Origin: Candidatus Eiseniibacteriota bacterium
Lineage (GTDB): Bacteria > Eisenbacteria > RBG-16-71-46
Direction: 5' to 3'
NCBI GenBank assembly: GCA_963707915.1
Contig: OY970178.1
Span: 1,088,001-1,152,000 of the forward strand
Length of the DNA stretch: 64,000 nt
The notes below the pieces were generated by a model that saw only the letters and a list, made by a program, of their open reading frames with translations, did not search any database and was not told the DNA's origin. A program made the translations under genes and the position numbers. Of this stretch, positions 11,510-22,989 are shown in pieces (the first letter of the stretch is position 1; every line of letters starts with the position of its first letter).

Positions 11510-12575
11510 GCTGGAGGGCTCCCGCGGCTCGACAGCCGCCGCTTGAATTCGTCGATGCTGGGGATCGAGGTCGGATCGACCCCGCCCAGCAACGCGAGAT
11601 AGAGACTCAGGTAGTCGCCGAACTGCACCAGCGAGGCGAGCCGTGCCAGCCGTGGACCCGGCGCCGCCTCCCACTCGTGCACCGCCGCACCCTGGCGGCG
11701 CGCGTACTCGGCCGTGAGGGCGAGCCGTGCGCGGATCTCCGGCGCGTCCTCGGGATCGTTCAGCGCGACCACCGCGATACCGCGGTGCAGGGCCCCGGGG
11801 CGCTCCCAACCCACGATCTCGTTGTGGTCGAGCTCCGGCACCACCGCCGAATGGGCGAGTACCTTAGCATTTTCGTGGAGCTGCTGCCGCCAGCGCAGCG
11901 CCACCGCCTCGAGCGGGCCCGCGCCGGCGTAGACGTACACCAGCCGCCCCTCCAGCGCCCGCGCCAGCCGCTTCGCAGGGTTCCCCGCCTCGGGTGCGCC
12001 CGGCCCGAGCTGGCCGTCGCGCTCGCGCAGCGACCGCGCCGCTTCGCGCCAGGCCGGCACCGGGTCGTCGATCCAGCCGAGCGTGCGGAGCAGGCCGGTG
12101 AGCGCGACCCACGAGGCGAAGAGCGCCGCGCGGGGCGGCGAGCCCGGGGGCAGCGGCTGGGCGAACACGCCGTCGCGCGCGCACTCCGCGCCGAGCGTGC
12201 CGCCGGTGGTGAGCGCGAGCCGCGGCACCGCGCGGCGGCCGGCGTCGCGGTAGAGCGCGAGCGTCTCCTCGGTGTCGCCCGAGTACGACGAGAGCAGCGC
12301 CAGGGAGTCGCTCTTCACCCAGCCCGGCCAGCGGTAGTTGCGCACCACCTCGAGCGGGCAGGGCAACCGGTCCTCGTAGAGCCCGCGCGTCAGGTCGGCG
12401 GCGATGGCCGACCCGCCCATCCCGCCCACCGCGAGCCGCGCGGGCGGGCGCGGCGGAGCGGGCCAGGGATGCGCCGCGAGCCGCTCGAGCGCCTGTTCGA
12501 TCTGTCCGGGGATGCCGCCGATCCGCGCGGTCATGTCGCCGCGGTCCCGCTCCCCGTAGGGCGGCTCGAGCACGC

Positions 12576-12579
<4 letters not shown>
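11506..12579 (-). CDS. Bifunctional phosphoglucose/phosphomannose isomerase (SIS domain)
   Basis: GMGGSAI, SSYSGDTEETL, TTGG, QQLHENAK, PELDHNEIVGW, GVDPTSIPSIDEFK. Confidence 0.92.
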
Positions 12580-14329
<1,750 letters not shown>

Positions 14330-14333
<4 letters not shown>

Positions 14334-14599
14334 GGCTCTCCCCCGAACTTGCCGTCCACCAGCTCCCGCAGGGCCGCCACGGTCTCGCGCTCGTCGGGAC
14401 CGTCCGCCCGGACCCGGATGGTACTGCCCTCCTCGGCGGCGAGCATCATGACGCCCATGATGCTCTTGCCGTTCACCTCGAGGTCGTCGCGGCACACGGT
14501 GATCTCCGAGGAGAAGCGGGCCGCGGCCTTCACGAACAGCGCGCAGGCCCGGGCGTGCAGCCCCAGCTGGTTGCGGATCAAGAGTTCGACCTCGGTCAC
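14330..14599 (-). CDS. ptsH: HPr phosphocarrier protein
   Basis: IRNQLGLHARA (His15 equivalent), NGKSIMGVMML (Ser46 equivalent). Confidence 0.95.
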
Positions 14600-14643
14600 G
14601 CTCGGCTCCCCCGGCCAGTCCACCACGTCGCGGTCATCACAGC

Positions 14644-15393
14644 CTACCGGAACCACGTGGCGGCCACACACAGCACGCCCGCGCCCAGCGCCCATTCGGT
14701 CGGTGACGGGCGCGGCCGCGCCGTGGCCACCAGCCCGAGCCCGAGCCCCGCCGCGAACACGACCTGGAACAGCACCGGGCGCGGTTCGCCGCCGGGCACC
14801 AGCAGCCACGCGGTCGTCACCCCGGCGAGCACCGTGCCCAGCAGCGCGAGGCCCCCGGTGAGCCGCTCGAAACGCCGTCGCTGGGCCAGGTCCAGCACCG
14901 CGATCCCGGCCCGGTATCCCCAGCCGACCCCGAGGAAGCGGACCCCGAGGTGGAACAGGTTGTAGCACACCCAGAGCACGACCGCCCCCCGCCACGAGCC
15001 GCCGAGCGCCACCAGCACCCCGAGCAGGGCGGCGAACGGCCGCAGGGTGAACCAGAAGAGCCGGTCGCCGAGCGCGGCGAGCGAGGAGCCGAGCACGCTC
15101 TTGATGCGCGCCACGGCGGCGGCGTCCGGCCCCGTCCCGGCCGCGCGGCTCTCCTCGAGCGCCGCCACGGTGCCGAGCGCGAGCGAGGCGAGCGTGGGCT
15201 GCGTGTTGAAGTAGGCGGTGTGCTCGGCCAGGCGCTCGCGGCACGCGGCCGGGTCGGGGTAGAACCGCTCGAGCGCCGGCTGGAGCGCCCACGCCCAGCC
15301 CAGGCCCTGCTGGCGCTCGTAGTTGAACGTGGCCTGCAGCAGCAGGGTGCGCGCCGCCATGCGCGCCAGGTCCCGGTTCGTCAGTCGGCCCAT
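14644..15393 (-). CDS. PTS mannose/fructose/sorbose family IID component
   Basis: QATFNYERQQGLG, YFNTQP, LAALGDRLFWFTLRP. Confidence 0.92.
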   Translation of the reverse strand: MGRLTNRDLARMAARTLLLQATFNYERQQGLGWAWALQPALERFYPDPAACRERLAEHTAYFNTQPTLASLALGTVAALEESRAAGTGPDAAAVARIKSVLGSSLAALGDRLFWFTLRPFAALLGVLVALGGSWRGAVVLWVCYNLFHLGVRFLGVGWGYRAGIAVLDLAQRRRFERLTGGLALLGTVLAGVTTAWLLVPGGEPRPVLFQVVFAAGLGLGLVATARPRPSPTEWALGAGVLCVAATWFR

Positions 15394-16100
15394 CAGCGCC
15401 CCGTCACCATGAGGAGAAGCCAGGCTCCCAGCATCGCCATCGCGAACAGCGCCACCCGGATGAGCCGCCGCCGCACGAACCCCTGGAGCAGGTACGCGAG
15501 GCCGAGCCCGATCCACAGCGGCTGCGCCAGCATCCACGCGCGGGCGAGCCGCAGCGAATGGTGTTCCGCCAGCGGGCCGAGCAACCCCACCGCGAGCGCC
15601 AGGCACGCGGCGCAGTACCCTACACCGACCGCGAAGGCCAGGGCCACCCCCGCGCGCTGCGCCCCGCCGGTGGCGCCGGCGTTCCCGCGCCGCACCTCGG
15701 CCTCGCACCAGCGGCTCAGGCCCTCGTTGCGCCGCCGCTGCCACTTGATGAGCGGCACGCCGCAGGTCGCGGTGACCAGCCCGGCGAGCACGCCCACCAA
15801 CGCCGCCGCGTCGTCCAGCATGAGGAAGTTCTGCCGCGTGGCGATGGCCAGCGCCACCCCGGCGCCCACCACCCCGCCCGAGGCGTAGTCCTCGGGGGTG
15901 CGCGCGCCGATCGGCGACGTGCTGGCCGCCAGGATCTGCAGCACCACGCCCACCTCGAGCGCCACGTGCCAGTCCCCCCACACCGCGCCCAGCAGCGTCG
16001 CGGTCACCAGCGGCTGCGAGAGCAGGGTCTGGGCGACGGGCGTGGCGTCCAGTACGGCGATGCCCCCCAGCAGCAGGGTGGCCAGGACCTGGAGGTTCAC
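15393..16100 (-). CDS. PTS mannose/fructose/sorbose family IIC component
   Basis: Hydrophobic; LSQPLVTATLLG, PIGARTPED; lies between IIB and IID. Confidence 0.88.
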   Translation of the reverse strand: MNLQVLATLLLGGIAVLDATPVAQTLLSQPLVTATLLGAVWGDWHVALEVGVVLQILAASTSPIGARTPEDYASGGVVGAGVALAIATRQNFLMLDDAAALVGVLAGLVTATCGVPLIKWQRRRNEGLSRWCEAEVRRGNAGATGGAQRAGVALAFAVGVGYCAACLALAVGLLGPLAEHHSLRLARAWMLAQPLWIGLGLAYLLQGFVRRRLIRVALFAMAMLGAWLLLMVTGR

Positions 16101-16582
16101 GGCGCGACGGTCGGGTCCAGGACCGCCAGGCCCTGGGGCCGCGTGGCCGGCACGTCCTGGACGTCGAGCCTCACGCCGCGCCGCAGCAGCGCGCGGGCGT
16201 CGTCGCGGTCGGCCTCGTCCAGGTAGACGTACTCGGCGATCTTGCCCTTGCCCGGGGCGTAGTGGAGCCCCCCCAGCGTGAAGGCGGGCACCGCGGCCCC
16301 GGACTCGACCAGGGCGCGCGCGGTGCGCAGGTCCCGCAGGACCAGCATGGCCCCGCCCGGGGCGTCCCGCTCGGCCGCCCAGGCGGCCACCGCCTCGGCC
16401 ACCGTGAGCACCCGCACCTCGGAGTCGGGCGCGGCCGAGACCAGCAGGTCGCGCTCCCAGGGGCTGGCGGCCACCTGGTCGTCCACCACGTAGAGCCGCG
16501 CGGGACGCAGCGCCGAGCCCCAGGCCACCACCACCTGGCCGTGGATGAGCCGGTCGTCCACCCGCTGGTTCAGCCAGCTCAT
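16097..16582 (-). CDS. PTS mannose family IIB component
   Basis: RVDDRLIHGQVVVAW motif. Confidence 0.93.
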   Translation of the reverse strand: MSWLNQRVDDRLIHGQVVVAWGSALRPARLYVVDDQVAASPWERDLLVSAAPDSEVRVLTVAEAVAAWAAERDAPGGAMLVLRDLRTARALVESGAAVPAFTLGGLHYAPGKGKIAEYVYLDEADRDDARALLRRGVRLDVQDVPATRPQGLAVLDPTVAP

Positions 16583-16974
16583 TCGGGCCGGACGCGCTGG
16601 ATGCGGACGCTGTTCTGCGCCCGGGTCAACAGGCGTTCCGCCAGCTCCGCGACGGGGTACTGCTCGCGGTTGTGCAGGTAGTCCAGCAGCCCCGGCAGGT
16701 TGATCCCGGTGACCACCACCACCTCGGCGTTCTCCCGCGCGGCCAGCATGCCGCATTGCTGGCACGAGCCGCCCGGGAAGTCGGTGAGCACCAGGCCGCC
16801 GTGGGCCCAGCCCGCGACCCGCTCCCGGATGGCGGCCTCGAGGCCGGCCCGGGAGAAGTCGGAGTTCGACAGGAAGTCCACGTCCGTGAACGGCCCGTAG
16901 ACCTGCTGGGCCGCGCGCAGCAGCGCCGCTCCCAGGTCCGCGTGCGTCACGAGCAGCGCCGGGATGCGGGTCAC
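16579..16974 (-). CDS. PTS mannose family IIA component
   Basis: LLVTHADLG, LTDFPGGS, TGINLPGLL. Confidence 0.9.
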   Translation of the reverse strand: MTRIPALLVTHADLGAALLRAAQQVYGPFTDVDFLSNSDFSRAGLEAAIRERVAGWAHGGLVLTDFPGGSCQQCGMLAARENAEVVVVTGINLPGLLDYLHNREQYPVAELAERLLTRAQNSVRIQRVRPE

Positions 16975-17942
16975 TCGGTGTCCTCGCGCACCCAGGCCCG
17001 CGCCGCGCTCTTGCGTTTCATGTGCTCGATCAGGTGCTGGTTGAGCCGGTCGGCCGGGGAGTAGCCGCCGTAGACCTTGACCAGGTAGTTGAGCGCCAGG
17101 GCCTCGGCGATCACCGTGATGTTCTTCCCCGGGACGATCGGGACCACGACGTGCGGGATGGGCACGCCCAGGATCTCGGTCTTGCGCTCGTCGATCCCGA
17201 CGCGCTCGTAGCTCTCCTCGTCCGACCACTGCTTGAGCTGGACCTCGACCTCGACCCGCTTCTGCAGGCGGATCGAGCGGATGCCGAAGATCGACTGCAC
17301 GTCGATGATGCCCAGGCCGCGGATCTCCATGTGGTGCCGCAGCAGCTGGTTCCCGCCGCCGATCAGCACGCCGCCGTGGCGCCGCGTGATGGTCACGATG
17401 TCGTCGGCCACCAGCCGGTGGCCGCGCTCCACCAGGTCGAGGGCGGTCTCCGACTTGCCGATCCCGCTCTGCCCGGTGAAGAGCAGCCCGCAGCCGTACA
17501 CGTCCACGAGCGAGGCGTGCACCGACGTCGTGGGCGCGAACATGTGGTCCAGGTAGAGCGTCAGGCTGTGGATGAACGGCGTCGTGCTCTCGGGGGTGCG
17601 CAGCAGCGGCACCCCGCACTCGTTGGCCCGCTGGATCAGGTAGTCCGGCACGTTGAGCGCCTTGCAGACCACGATCAGCGGGATCGAGAACTGGAACAGC
17701 CGGTCCACCGCTTCCCGCATCTTCGCGTCGGGGAGCGTCGCCAGGTAGGCGAACTCGGTCTGCGCCAGGATCTGGATCCGCTCCGACAGGAAGTTCTCCA
17801 CGAACCCCATGAGCGCCATGCCCGGCCGGTTCGTGTCGCTCACGGTGATCTCGCGGCGCGAGGCCAGCGACTCGGTGAGGAGCTCGAGGTGGAGCTCCTC
17901 CTTCTGGTCCTCGTACAGGCGTGCCGGGCTGATGGTTTCCAC
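16971..17942 (-). CDS. hprK: HPr kinase/phosphorylase
   Basis: NRPGMAL, GQSGIGKSETALDLVERGHRLVADD, MEIRGLGIID. Confidence 0.97.
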   Translation of the reverse strand: METISPARLYEDQKEELHLELLTESLASRREITVSDTNRPGMALMGFVENFLSERIQILAQTEFAYLATLPDAKMREAVDRLFQFSIPLIVVCKALNVPDYLIQRANECGVPLLRTPESTTPFIHSLTLYLDHMFAPTTSVHASLVDVYGCGLLFTGQSGIGKSETALDLVERGHRLVADDIVTITRRHGGVLIGGGNQLLRHHMEIRGLGIIDVQSIFGIRSIRLQKRVEVEVQLKQWSDEESYERVGIDERKTEILGVPIPHVVVPIVPGKNITVIAEALALNYLVKVYGGYSPADRLNQHLIEHMKRKSAARAWVREDTE

Positions 17943-17949
17943 GGCGGAC

Positions 17950-18336
17950 CTAGTCTTCCGTTCCGGACCGGAGGTCCGGCTGCGGTTCGAGGCCGGGTTC
18001 GGCCTCCACGCCGATCGCGTTGGGCTCGGGCAGCTCGCGGACCGGCCCCTTGTGCTCGGTCCGCCGGTCCTTGAGCTTGCGGAGCTGCTGCTCCAGCCGG
18101 TGGGCGGCCTGGTCGATGGCCACCTTGCCGGTGTCCGACTCCTCGCGACTCACCAGCTCGCGGTGCTTGAGCCGCAGGGTGATCTCCGCCGCGAAGCGGA
18201 ACTTCTCGGCGGTGACGACGAGGTGGGCCTCCTGGATGTCACGGGCGAAGCGCTCGAGCTTCGCCAGGCGCACCTGGGCGAAATCACGGACCTGGGCATC
18301 GAGCTCGCAGTGACGGGCGGTCATGCTGATCTGCAT
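17950..18336 (-). CDS. hpf: Ribosome hibernation promoting factor (RaiA/HPF)
   Basis: MQISMTARH...AIDQAAHRLEQQLRKLKDR, directly after rpoN. Confidence 0.92.
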   Translation of the reverse strand: MQISMTARHCELDAQVRDFAQVRLAKLERFARDIQEAHLVVTAEKFRFAAEITLRLKHRELVSREESDTGKVAIDQAAHRLEQQLRKLKDRRTEHKGPVRELPEPNAIGVEAEPGLEPQPDLRSGTED

Positions 18337-18366
18337 CGTGGAGTCCTTTCCCTTCCAGGACGAACG

Positions 18367-19800
18367 TCACACGCGCCGGCGGAAACGCGCCGGCAGGATG
18401 CTGAGCTGCTCCCGGTACTTCGCCACGGTCCGCCGGGCGATCTTGAGCCCCGTCTCGTGCAGGAGCTCGGCGATGCGCTGGTCGGACAACGGCTCGGTCT
18501 TGGCCTCCTCGTCGATCAGGGTCTTGATGGTGTCCCGGGCCGTCCGCGCCGAGACGTCGTCGCCGTCCTCGGTCTCCAGCCCGCTCGAGAAGAAGAACTT
18601 GAGCTCGAACACACCGCGCGGCGTCTGCACGTACTTCGCGCTGCAGACGCGGCTCACCGTGGACTCGTGCATGTCGATCTGCCGGGCGACCTGCTGCAGC
18701 GTGAGGGGCCGCAGGAACGCGATCCCCTTGTCGAAGAAGTCCCGCTGCTCGCGGATGATGCAGTTCATCACCTTGATCATGGTGCGTCGCCGTTGCTCGA
18801 TGGTCTGGATCAGCCAGCGCGCCGAGTTCAGCTTGCCCTGGATGTACTCGCGGGTCTTGACCTCGCCGGCGTTGCAGTCCGCCTTCTTCTTGCCGCGCAT
18901 CACGCCCTCGTAGGCGGCCGAGATGCGCAGCCGGGGCAGGTGGCGGTCGTTCAGCATGACCAGGTACTCGTCGTTCACGCGCTCGACCACCAGGTCGGGC
19001 ACGACGTACTTGGGGTCCTCGCTCGAGACCTGCAGCCCCGGCTTGGGGTTCAGCGTGGCGATCGCGTCGGCCCCCGCCTGGACCTCCTCCGGCGTGACCT
19101 TCAGGATGCGCGCGATCTCCGGGAAGCGCCGGTTCACCAGGTTGTTGAACTGGTCGTGGATGAGCTTCCACGACAGCGTGTCGCGCTCGTTGCGCGCCTC
19201 GAGCTGGATGAGCAGGCACTCCCGCAGGTCCCGTGCCCCGACCCCCACCGGCTCGAGCGCCTGGATGACCTTCAGGATGCGCTCGCAGAGCTCGAGCGGC
19301 TGTCCGGTGGCCTGCGCCACGTCCTCGAGCGGGGTCGCCAGCCAGCCGCGCTCGTCCAGCGAGCCGATCAGGAACTCGGCCAGCAGCAGGTCGCGCGGCG
19401 AGAGCGACAGGAAGTGGAGCTGCTCGAGCAGGCTCTCGGCCAGCGAGGTGCGCGTGACCGGCACCTTCTCGAGGAATTCCGCCGAGGTCTCCTGCTGGGG
19501 GACGTAGACCCGGTCGAGCGCCCCGTCCTGCATGTACTCCGACCAGTCGATGGGATCCTCCTCGGTCGGATCCTCCGCCTCCTCGTTGGCCTTCTCCTCG
19601 GGCGAGTCCTCCTTGGCGAGGTCCTCGTTCTCGGTGACCTCGTCCACCTCCTCCAGCAGGGGGTTCTGGATCATCTCCTGCTTGAGGATCTGCTGGAGCT
19701 CGAGGGTCGGCACCTGCAGCAGCTTGAGCGCCTGCTGCAGCCGCGGGGTCATGATGAGAGCCGGCCGCAGGCTCAGGTTCAGCGAGGGTTTCATTTCCAT
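18367..19800 (-). CDS. rpoN: RNA polymerase sigma-54 factor
   Basis: MTPRLQQALKLLQ, GVGARDLRECL, HESTVSR, RpoN box ARRTVAKYRE. Confidence 0.98.
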   Translation of the reverse strand: MEMKPSLNLSLRPALIMTPRLQQALKLLQVPTLELQQILKQEMIQNPLLEEVDEVTENEDLAKEDSPEEKANEEAEDPTEEDPIDWSEYMQDGALDRVYVPQQETSAEFLEKVPVTRTSLAESLLEQLHFLSLSPRDLLLAEFLIGSLDERGWLATPLEDVAQATGQPLELCERILKVIQALEPVGVGARDLRECLLIQLEARNERDTLSWKLIHDQFNNLVNRRFPEIARILKVTPEEVQAGADAIATLNPKPGLQVSSEDPKYVVPDLVVERVNDEYLVMLNDRHLPRLRISAAYEGVMRGKKKADCNAGEVKTREYIQGKLNSARWLIQTIEQRRRTMIKVMNCIIREQRDFFDKGIAFLRPLTLQQVARQIDMHESTVSRVCSAKYVQTPRGVFELKFFFSSGLETEDGDDVSARTARDTIKTLIDEEAKTEPLSDQRIAELLHETGLKIARRTVAKYREQLSILPARFRRRV

Positions 19801-19829
19801 GATGGGTCGGCTCCGTGCGGCGGCTGGTA

Positions 19830-20639
19830 TCAGAGGCTGAATCGTTCGCCCAGGTAGATCTCGCGCGCCCGCGAATCGTTGGCCAGCTCCTGCGAGGTCC
19901 CCTGCAGGAGGATGCGGCCCTCGTACATGATGTACGCGCGATCGGTGATCCGCAGCGTCTCGCGCACGTTGTGGTCGGTGATGAGCACGCCGAGTCCCCG
20001 CTGGCGCAGGCGGTCCACGATGTCCTGGATCTCCGACACCGCGATCGGATCGATGCCGACGAACGGCTCGTCGAGCAGCATGTAGGACGGCTGCCGCGCC
20101 AGGGCCCGCGTAATCTCGACCCGGCGGCGCTCGCCGCCCGAGAGCTTCGTGGCCATGCGTCCGGCCAGGTGCGTGAGGTTCAACTCCTCCAGCAGCCGCT
20201 TCAGGCGCGCCTCGCGCTCGGCCCGGGTGAGGGGCATCGTCTCCAGCACCGCCATCACGTTGTCGCTGACCGTCAGGCGGCGGAAGATGCTCGATTCCTG
20301 CGCGAGGTAGCCGAGCCCGAGCCGCGCCCTCCGGTAGACGGGCTCGTCGGTGATGTCGCGGCCGTCGAGCAGGATGCGCCCCCGGCTCGGCTGCAGCAAC
20401 CCGACGATCATGTAGAAGGACGTGGTCTTGCCGGCCCCGTTCGGTCCGAGCAGGCCGACGACCTCGCCGCGGCGCACGTGGAAGCTCACGTCGTCCACCA
20501 CGCGCCAGCGCCCGTAGTAGCGCTCGATCCCGCTGGCCACCAGGCCCTCGGCCGGGCCGGGAGACGCCGCGGGGACGTCCGTGGCGCCGTCGCCCGGCAC
20601 CGGCGGGCCCGCTTCCCGCCGGTCGTCGCCGCCGCTCAC
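19830..20639 (-). CDS. lptB: LPS export ABC transporter ATP-binding protein
   Basis: GLLGPNGAGKTTSFYMIVG, LSGGERRRVEI, DEPFVGIDP, ITDHNVRETL. Confidence 0.96.
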   Translation of the reverse strand: MSGGDDRREAGPPVPGDGATDVPAASPGPAEGLVASGIERYYGRWRVVDDVSFHVRRGEVVGLLGPNGAGKTTSFYMIVGLLQPSRGRILLDGRDITDEPVYRRARLGLGYLAQESSIFRRLTVSDNVMAVLETMPLTRAEREARLKRLLEELNLTHLAGRMATKLSGGERRRVEITRALARQPSYMLLDEPFVGIDPIAVSEIQDIVDRLRQRGLGVLITDHNVRETLRITDRAYIMYEGRILLQGTSQELANDSRAREIYLGERFSL

Positions 20640-21277
20640 CGCGCGCCGCCCCTGGGCCCGGTGACCGCTCCGGCCGAGCGCGTCTGCACGGTCGCCTGCA
20701 CCTTGCTCTTGAACTCGAAGCGCTTGAGCCCGGGATCGCTCTCGAAGCCGTAGCCCGAGAGCACGTTGCCCTCGCGCTCCACCCGCACCATCTGCTCGAT
20801 CGGGGAGACGATCGTCTGCGCGCGGTTCAGGAAGCGGATCTCCTGCGTGGACATGCGCGTGCCGTCGCGCGTCTGCAGGACCACGTCGCCCCGCGCGATC
20901 ATGTCGCGGGTCTGCAGCTGGATCTCGCCCCCGCGCGCGGTGAGCTCGGAGGACCGGGCGCCCTGCTCGTCGAAGAAGTCCACGCGGATGGCGCGGGCGA
21001 CGATGACGTTGCGGCCGTAGTAGGTGGCCGCGTAGCGGGCGTACAGCTTCCACTGCGGGGCGCCCTCGTCGGTCTCGGTGAGCACGAACTCGCTCACCTC
21101 CTGGTCCGGCAACTCGCCGACCGCCTGCGAGGGGCTCTTGGCGCGCTCCGCACCGCAGCCCGCGGCGAGCAGCGCGAGCACCAACGCCACGAGGCCCACG
21201 GCCCCCGGAGGGAGGCCGCGGAAGCGGGGGGACCATCGTCCCCAGGGGATCAAGGCTGCCCGGTTCATCAAGTCCAA
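20636..21277 (-). CDS. lptC: LPS export periplasmic protein LptC (start could be ATG 21268)
   Basis: N-terminal hydrophobic/lipobox-like AAGC, beta-jellyroll-like sequence, LSGYGFESD; position between kdsD and lptB. Confidence 0.82.
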   Translation of the reverse strand: MDLMNRAALIPWGRWSPRFRGLPPGAVGLVALVLALLAAGCGAERAKSPSQAVGELPDQEVSEFVLTETDEGAPQWKLYARYAATYYGRNVIVARAIRVDFFDEQGARSSELTARGGEIQLQTRDMIARGDVVLQTRDGTRMSTQEIRFLNRAQTIVSPIEQMVRVEREGNVLSGYGFESDPGLKRFEFKSKVQATVQTRSAGAVTGPRGGAR

Positions 21278-21280
21278 GCC

Positions 21281-21324
21281 ACGCTAACAAAGGGCGGGTC
21301 GGGCCGCAAGCACGATAAGTGCCA
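21281..21324 (-). promoter_or_regulatory. Overlapping sigma70 promoter and sigma54 -24/-12 site upstream of lptC-lptB-rpoN
   Basis: TTGCGG-17 nt-TAGCGT with extended TG (21281-21309); TGGCACTTATCGTGCT (21309-21324, GG-N10-GC). Confidence 0.6.
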
Positions 21325-21481
21325 GCGCGTCTGTTCGCTGCAACGCTGAGGGGTTATCGGTACGGACGGTCCGCGACTTGACGCCCGGCCGACGACGCCG
21401 ACGGCGGCCGGAGGACCGCCGCGACGGTCATCGGGGCGACCCGGGCCGGCGCGGGTCCGGTCCCGACCGCCCCCGGCGCGG

Positions 21482-22456
21482 CTAGCGCCCCGCGCGCAGG
21501 CAGTCATGCAGGTGCAGCACGCCGATCGGCGCTCCCGCCACGTCCACCACCACCAGCGCGGTGATCGGGCCGGCCGCGCGCTCCTCCATCCGGCGCACCG
21601 CGGCCGCCACCAGCGCGTCCCGCGCGATCGTGCTCGGCGTGCGACCCATGACTTCCCGGGCGGTGAGGCCCCAGGGCTCGGGGTGCTTGAGCAGGATGCG
21701 CTTGAAGTCGCCGTCGGTGACTACGCCGGCCAGCCGGCCGGAGCCGTCCACCACGGTGGTGATGCCGAGCCGCTTGTCCATGATCTCGAGCATCACCTCG
21801 CGCAACCGGGCGTCCTCCCCCACCCGCGGCAGCGCGGCGCCCTCGTGCATCAACTCGCCGACCCGGCGCGCCGCGGAGTGGCCGATGACGCCGCCCGGGT
21901 GCAGGAAGCGGAAGTCCTCGGCGGTGAAGCCGCGACGCTCGAGCAGCGCCACCGCGAGGCAGTCCCCCATCACCTGCGCCACCGTGATGCTGGTCGTCGG
22001 CGCGAGGTCCATCGGACACACCTCGCGCACCGGGCCGGTCACCAGGCAGACGGTGCTCTTCCCCCCGAGCACCGAGCGGGGCGTCGCGACGATGCTCACC
22101 AGCGGGATGCCGTGCCGCTCGAGGTAGGGCAGCAGCGCCAGCAGCTCGTCGCTGGCCCCGCTCTTCGAGAGGAACAGCGCGACATCGCCCGCGGCGAACA
22201 GCCCGGCATCGCCGTGCAGGGCGTCGGCCGGGTGCAGGAACACCGCCGGCGTGCCGGTGCTGGTGAGCGTGGCGGCGAGCTTGTGGGCGAGCAGCCCGGA
22301 CTTCCCCACGCCCGAGACCACGACCTTGCCAAGGCAGCCGTGCAGGCACTCCACCGCGGCGAGGAATTCCGGCCCGAGCCGGCCCTCGAGCCCGGCGATC
22401 GCTGCAGCCTCGCCGCGCACCACCTCGCGCGCCAGTTCGAGCAGGTCGCGCGCCAT
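21482..22456 (-). CDS. kdsD: Arabinose-5-phosphate isomerase (KpsF/GutQ, SIS plus CBS)
   Basis: SGVGKSG, LTSTGTPA, ALHGDAG, APTTS, FLHPGG, TDGD, LHLHD. Confidence 0.95.
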   Translation of the reverse strand: MARDLLELAREVVRGEAAAIAGLEGRLGPEFLAAVECLHGCLGKVVVSGVGKSGLLAHKLAATLTSTGTPAVFLHPADALHGDAGLFAAGDVALFLSKSGASDELLALLPYLERHGIPLVSIVATPRSVLGGKSTVCLVTGPVREVCPMDLAPTTSITVAQVMGDCLAVALLERRGFTAEDFRFLHPGGVIGHSAARRVGELMHEGAALPRVGEDARLREVMLEIMDKRLGITTVVDGSGRLAGVVTDGDFKRILLKHPEPWGLTAREVMGRTPSTIARDALVAAAVRRMEERAAGPITALVVVDVAGAPIGVLHLHDCLRAGR

Positions 22457-22989
22457 CACAGCGCCTCGTAGCGGAGCAGCACCTGCTCCCAGGTGCCGTT
22501 GTGCCGCAGCAGCAGCTCCACCGCCTCGCGCGCCGCTCCGCGTCCGCCGCCCCGCTGCGTCACGGTGCGGGCCCGGGCGAGCACCTCGGGCTGGGCGTCG
22601 GCGACCGCGATCGGCCAGCCCACGCGGTTGAGCAGCGGCACGTCCGGCAGATCGTCTCCCAGCATCGCGCATTCCTCCCACCGTGCGCCCTCGCGGGCGA
22701 GCACGCGTTCCGCCACCGCCACCTTGTCCTTGATGTCGAGATGGTACTCGAGCCCGAGGTCCTTCATGCGGCCCTCCACGGCCGGCGACGGGCGGCCCGA
22801 GATCACCACCGGCAGCAGCCCCAGCTCGCGCGCCCAGAGCAGCGCGAGCCCGTCGCGCACCCAGAAGTTGCGCAGGTCCCCGGCCGCGCCCTCGGTGATG
22901 ACCCCGTCGGTGAGCGTGCCGTCCACGTCGAGGAACAGGATGCGCACCGGCCCCGCGGGCCCGCCCGGCGCGCCGTGCGGCGCCGTCAC
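22456..22989 (-). CDS. kdsC: KDO-8-phosphate phosphatase
   Basis: LDVDGTLTDG, ISGR, GDDLPD, GGRGAARE. Confidence 0.93.
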   Translation of the reverse strand: MTAPHGAPGGPAGPVRILFLDVDGTLTDGVITEGAAGDLRNFWVRDGLALLWARELGLLPVVISGRPSPAVEGRMKDLGLEYHLDIKDKVAVAERVLAREGARWEECAMLGDDLPDVPLLNRVGWPIAVADAQPEVLARARTVTQRGGGRGAAREAVELLLRHNGTWEQVLLRYEAL

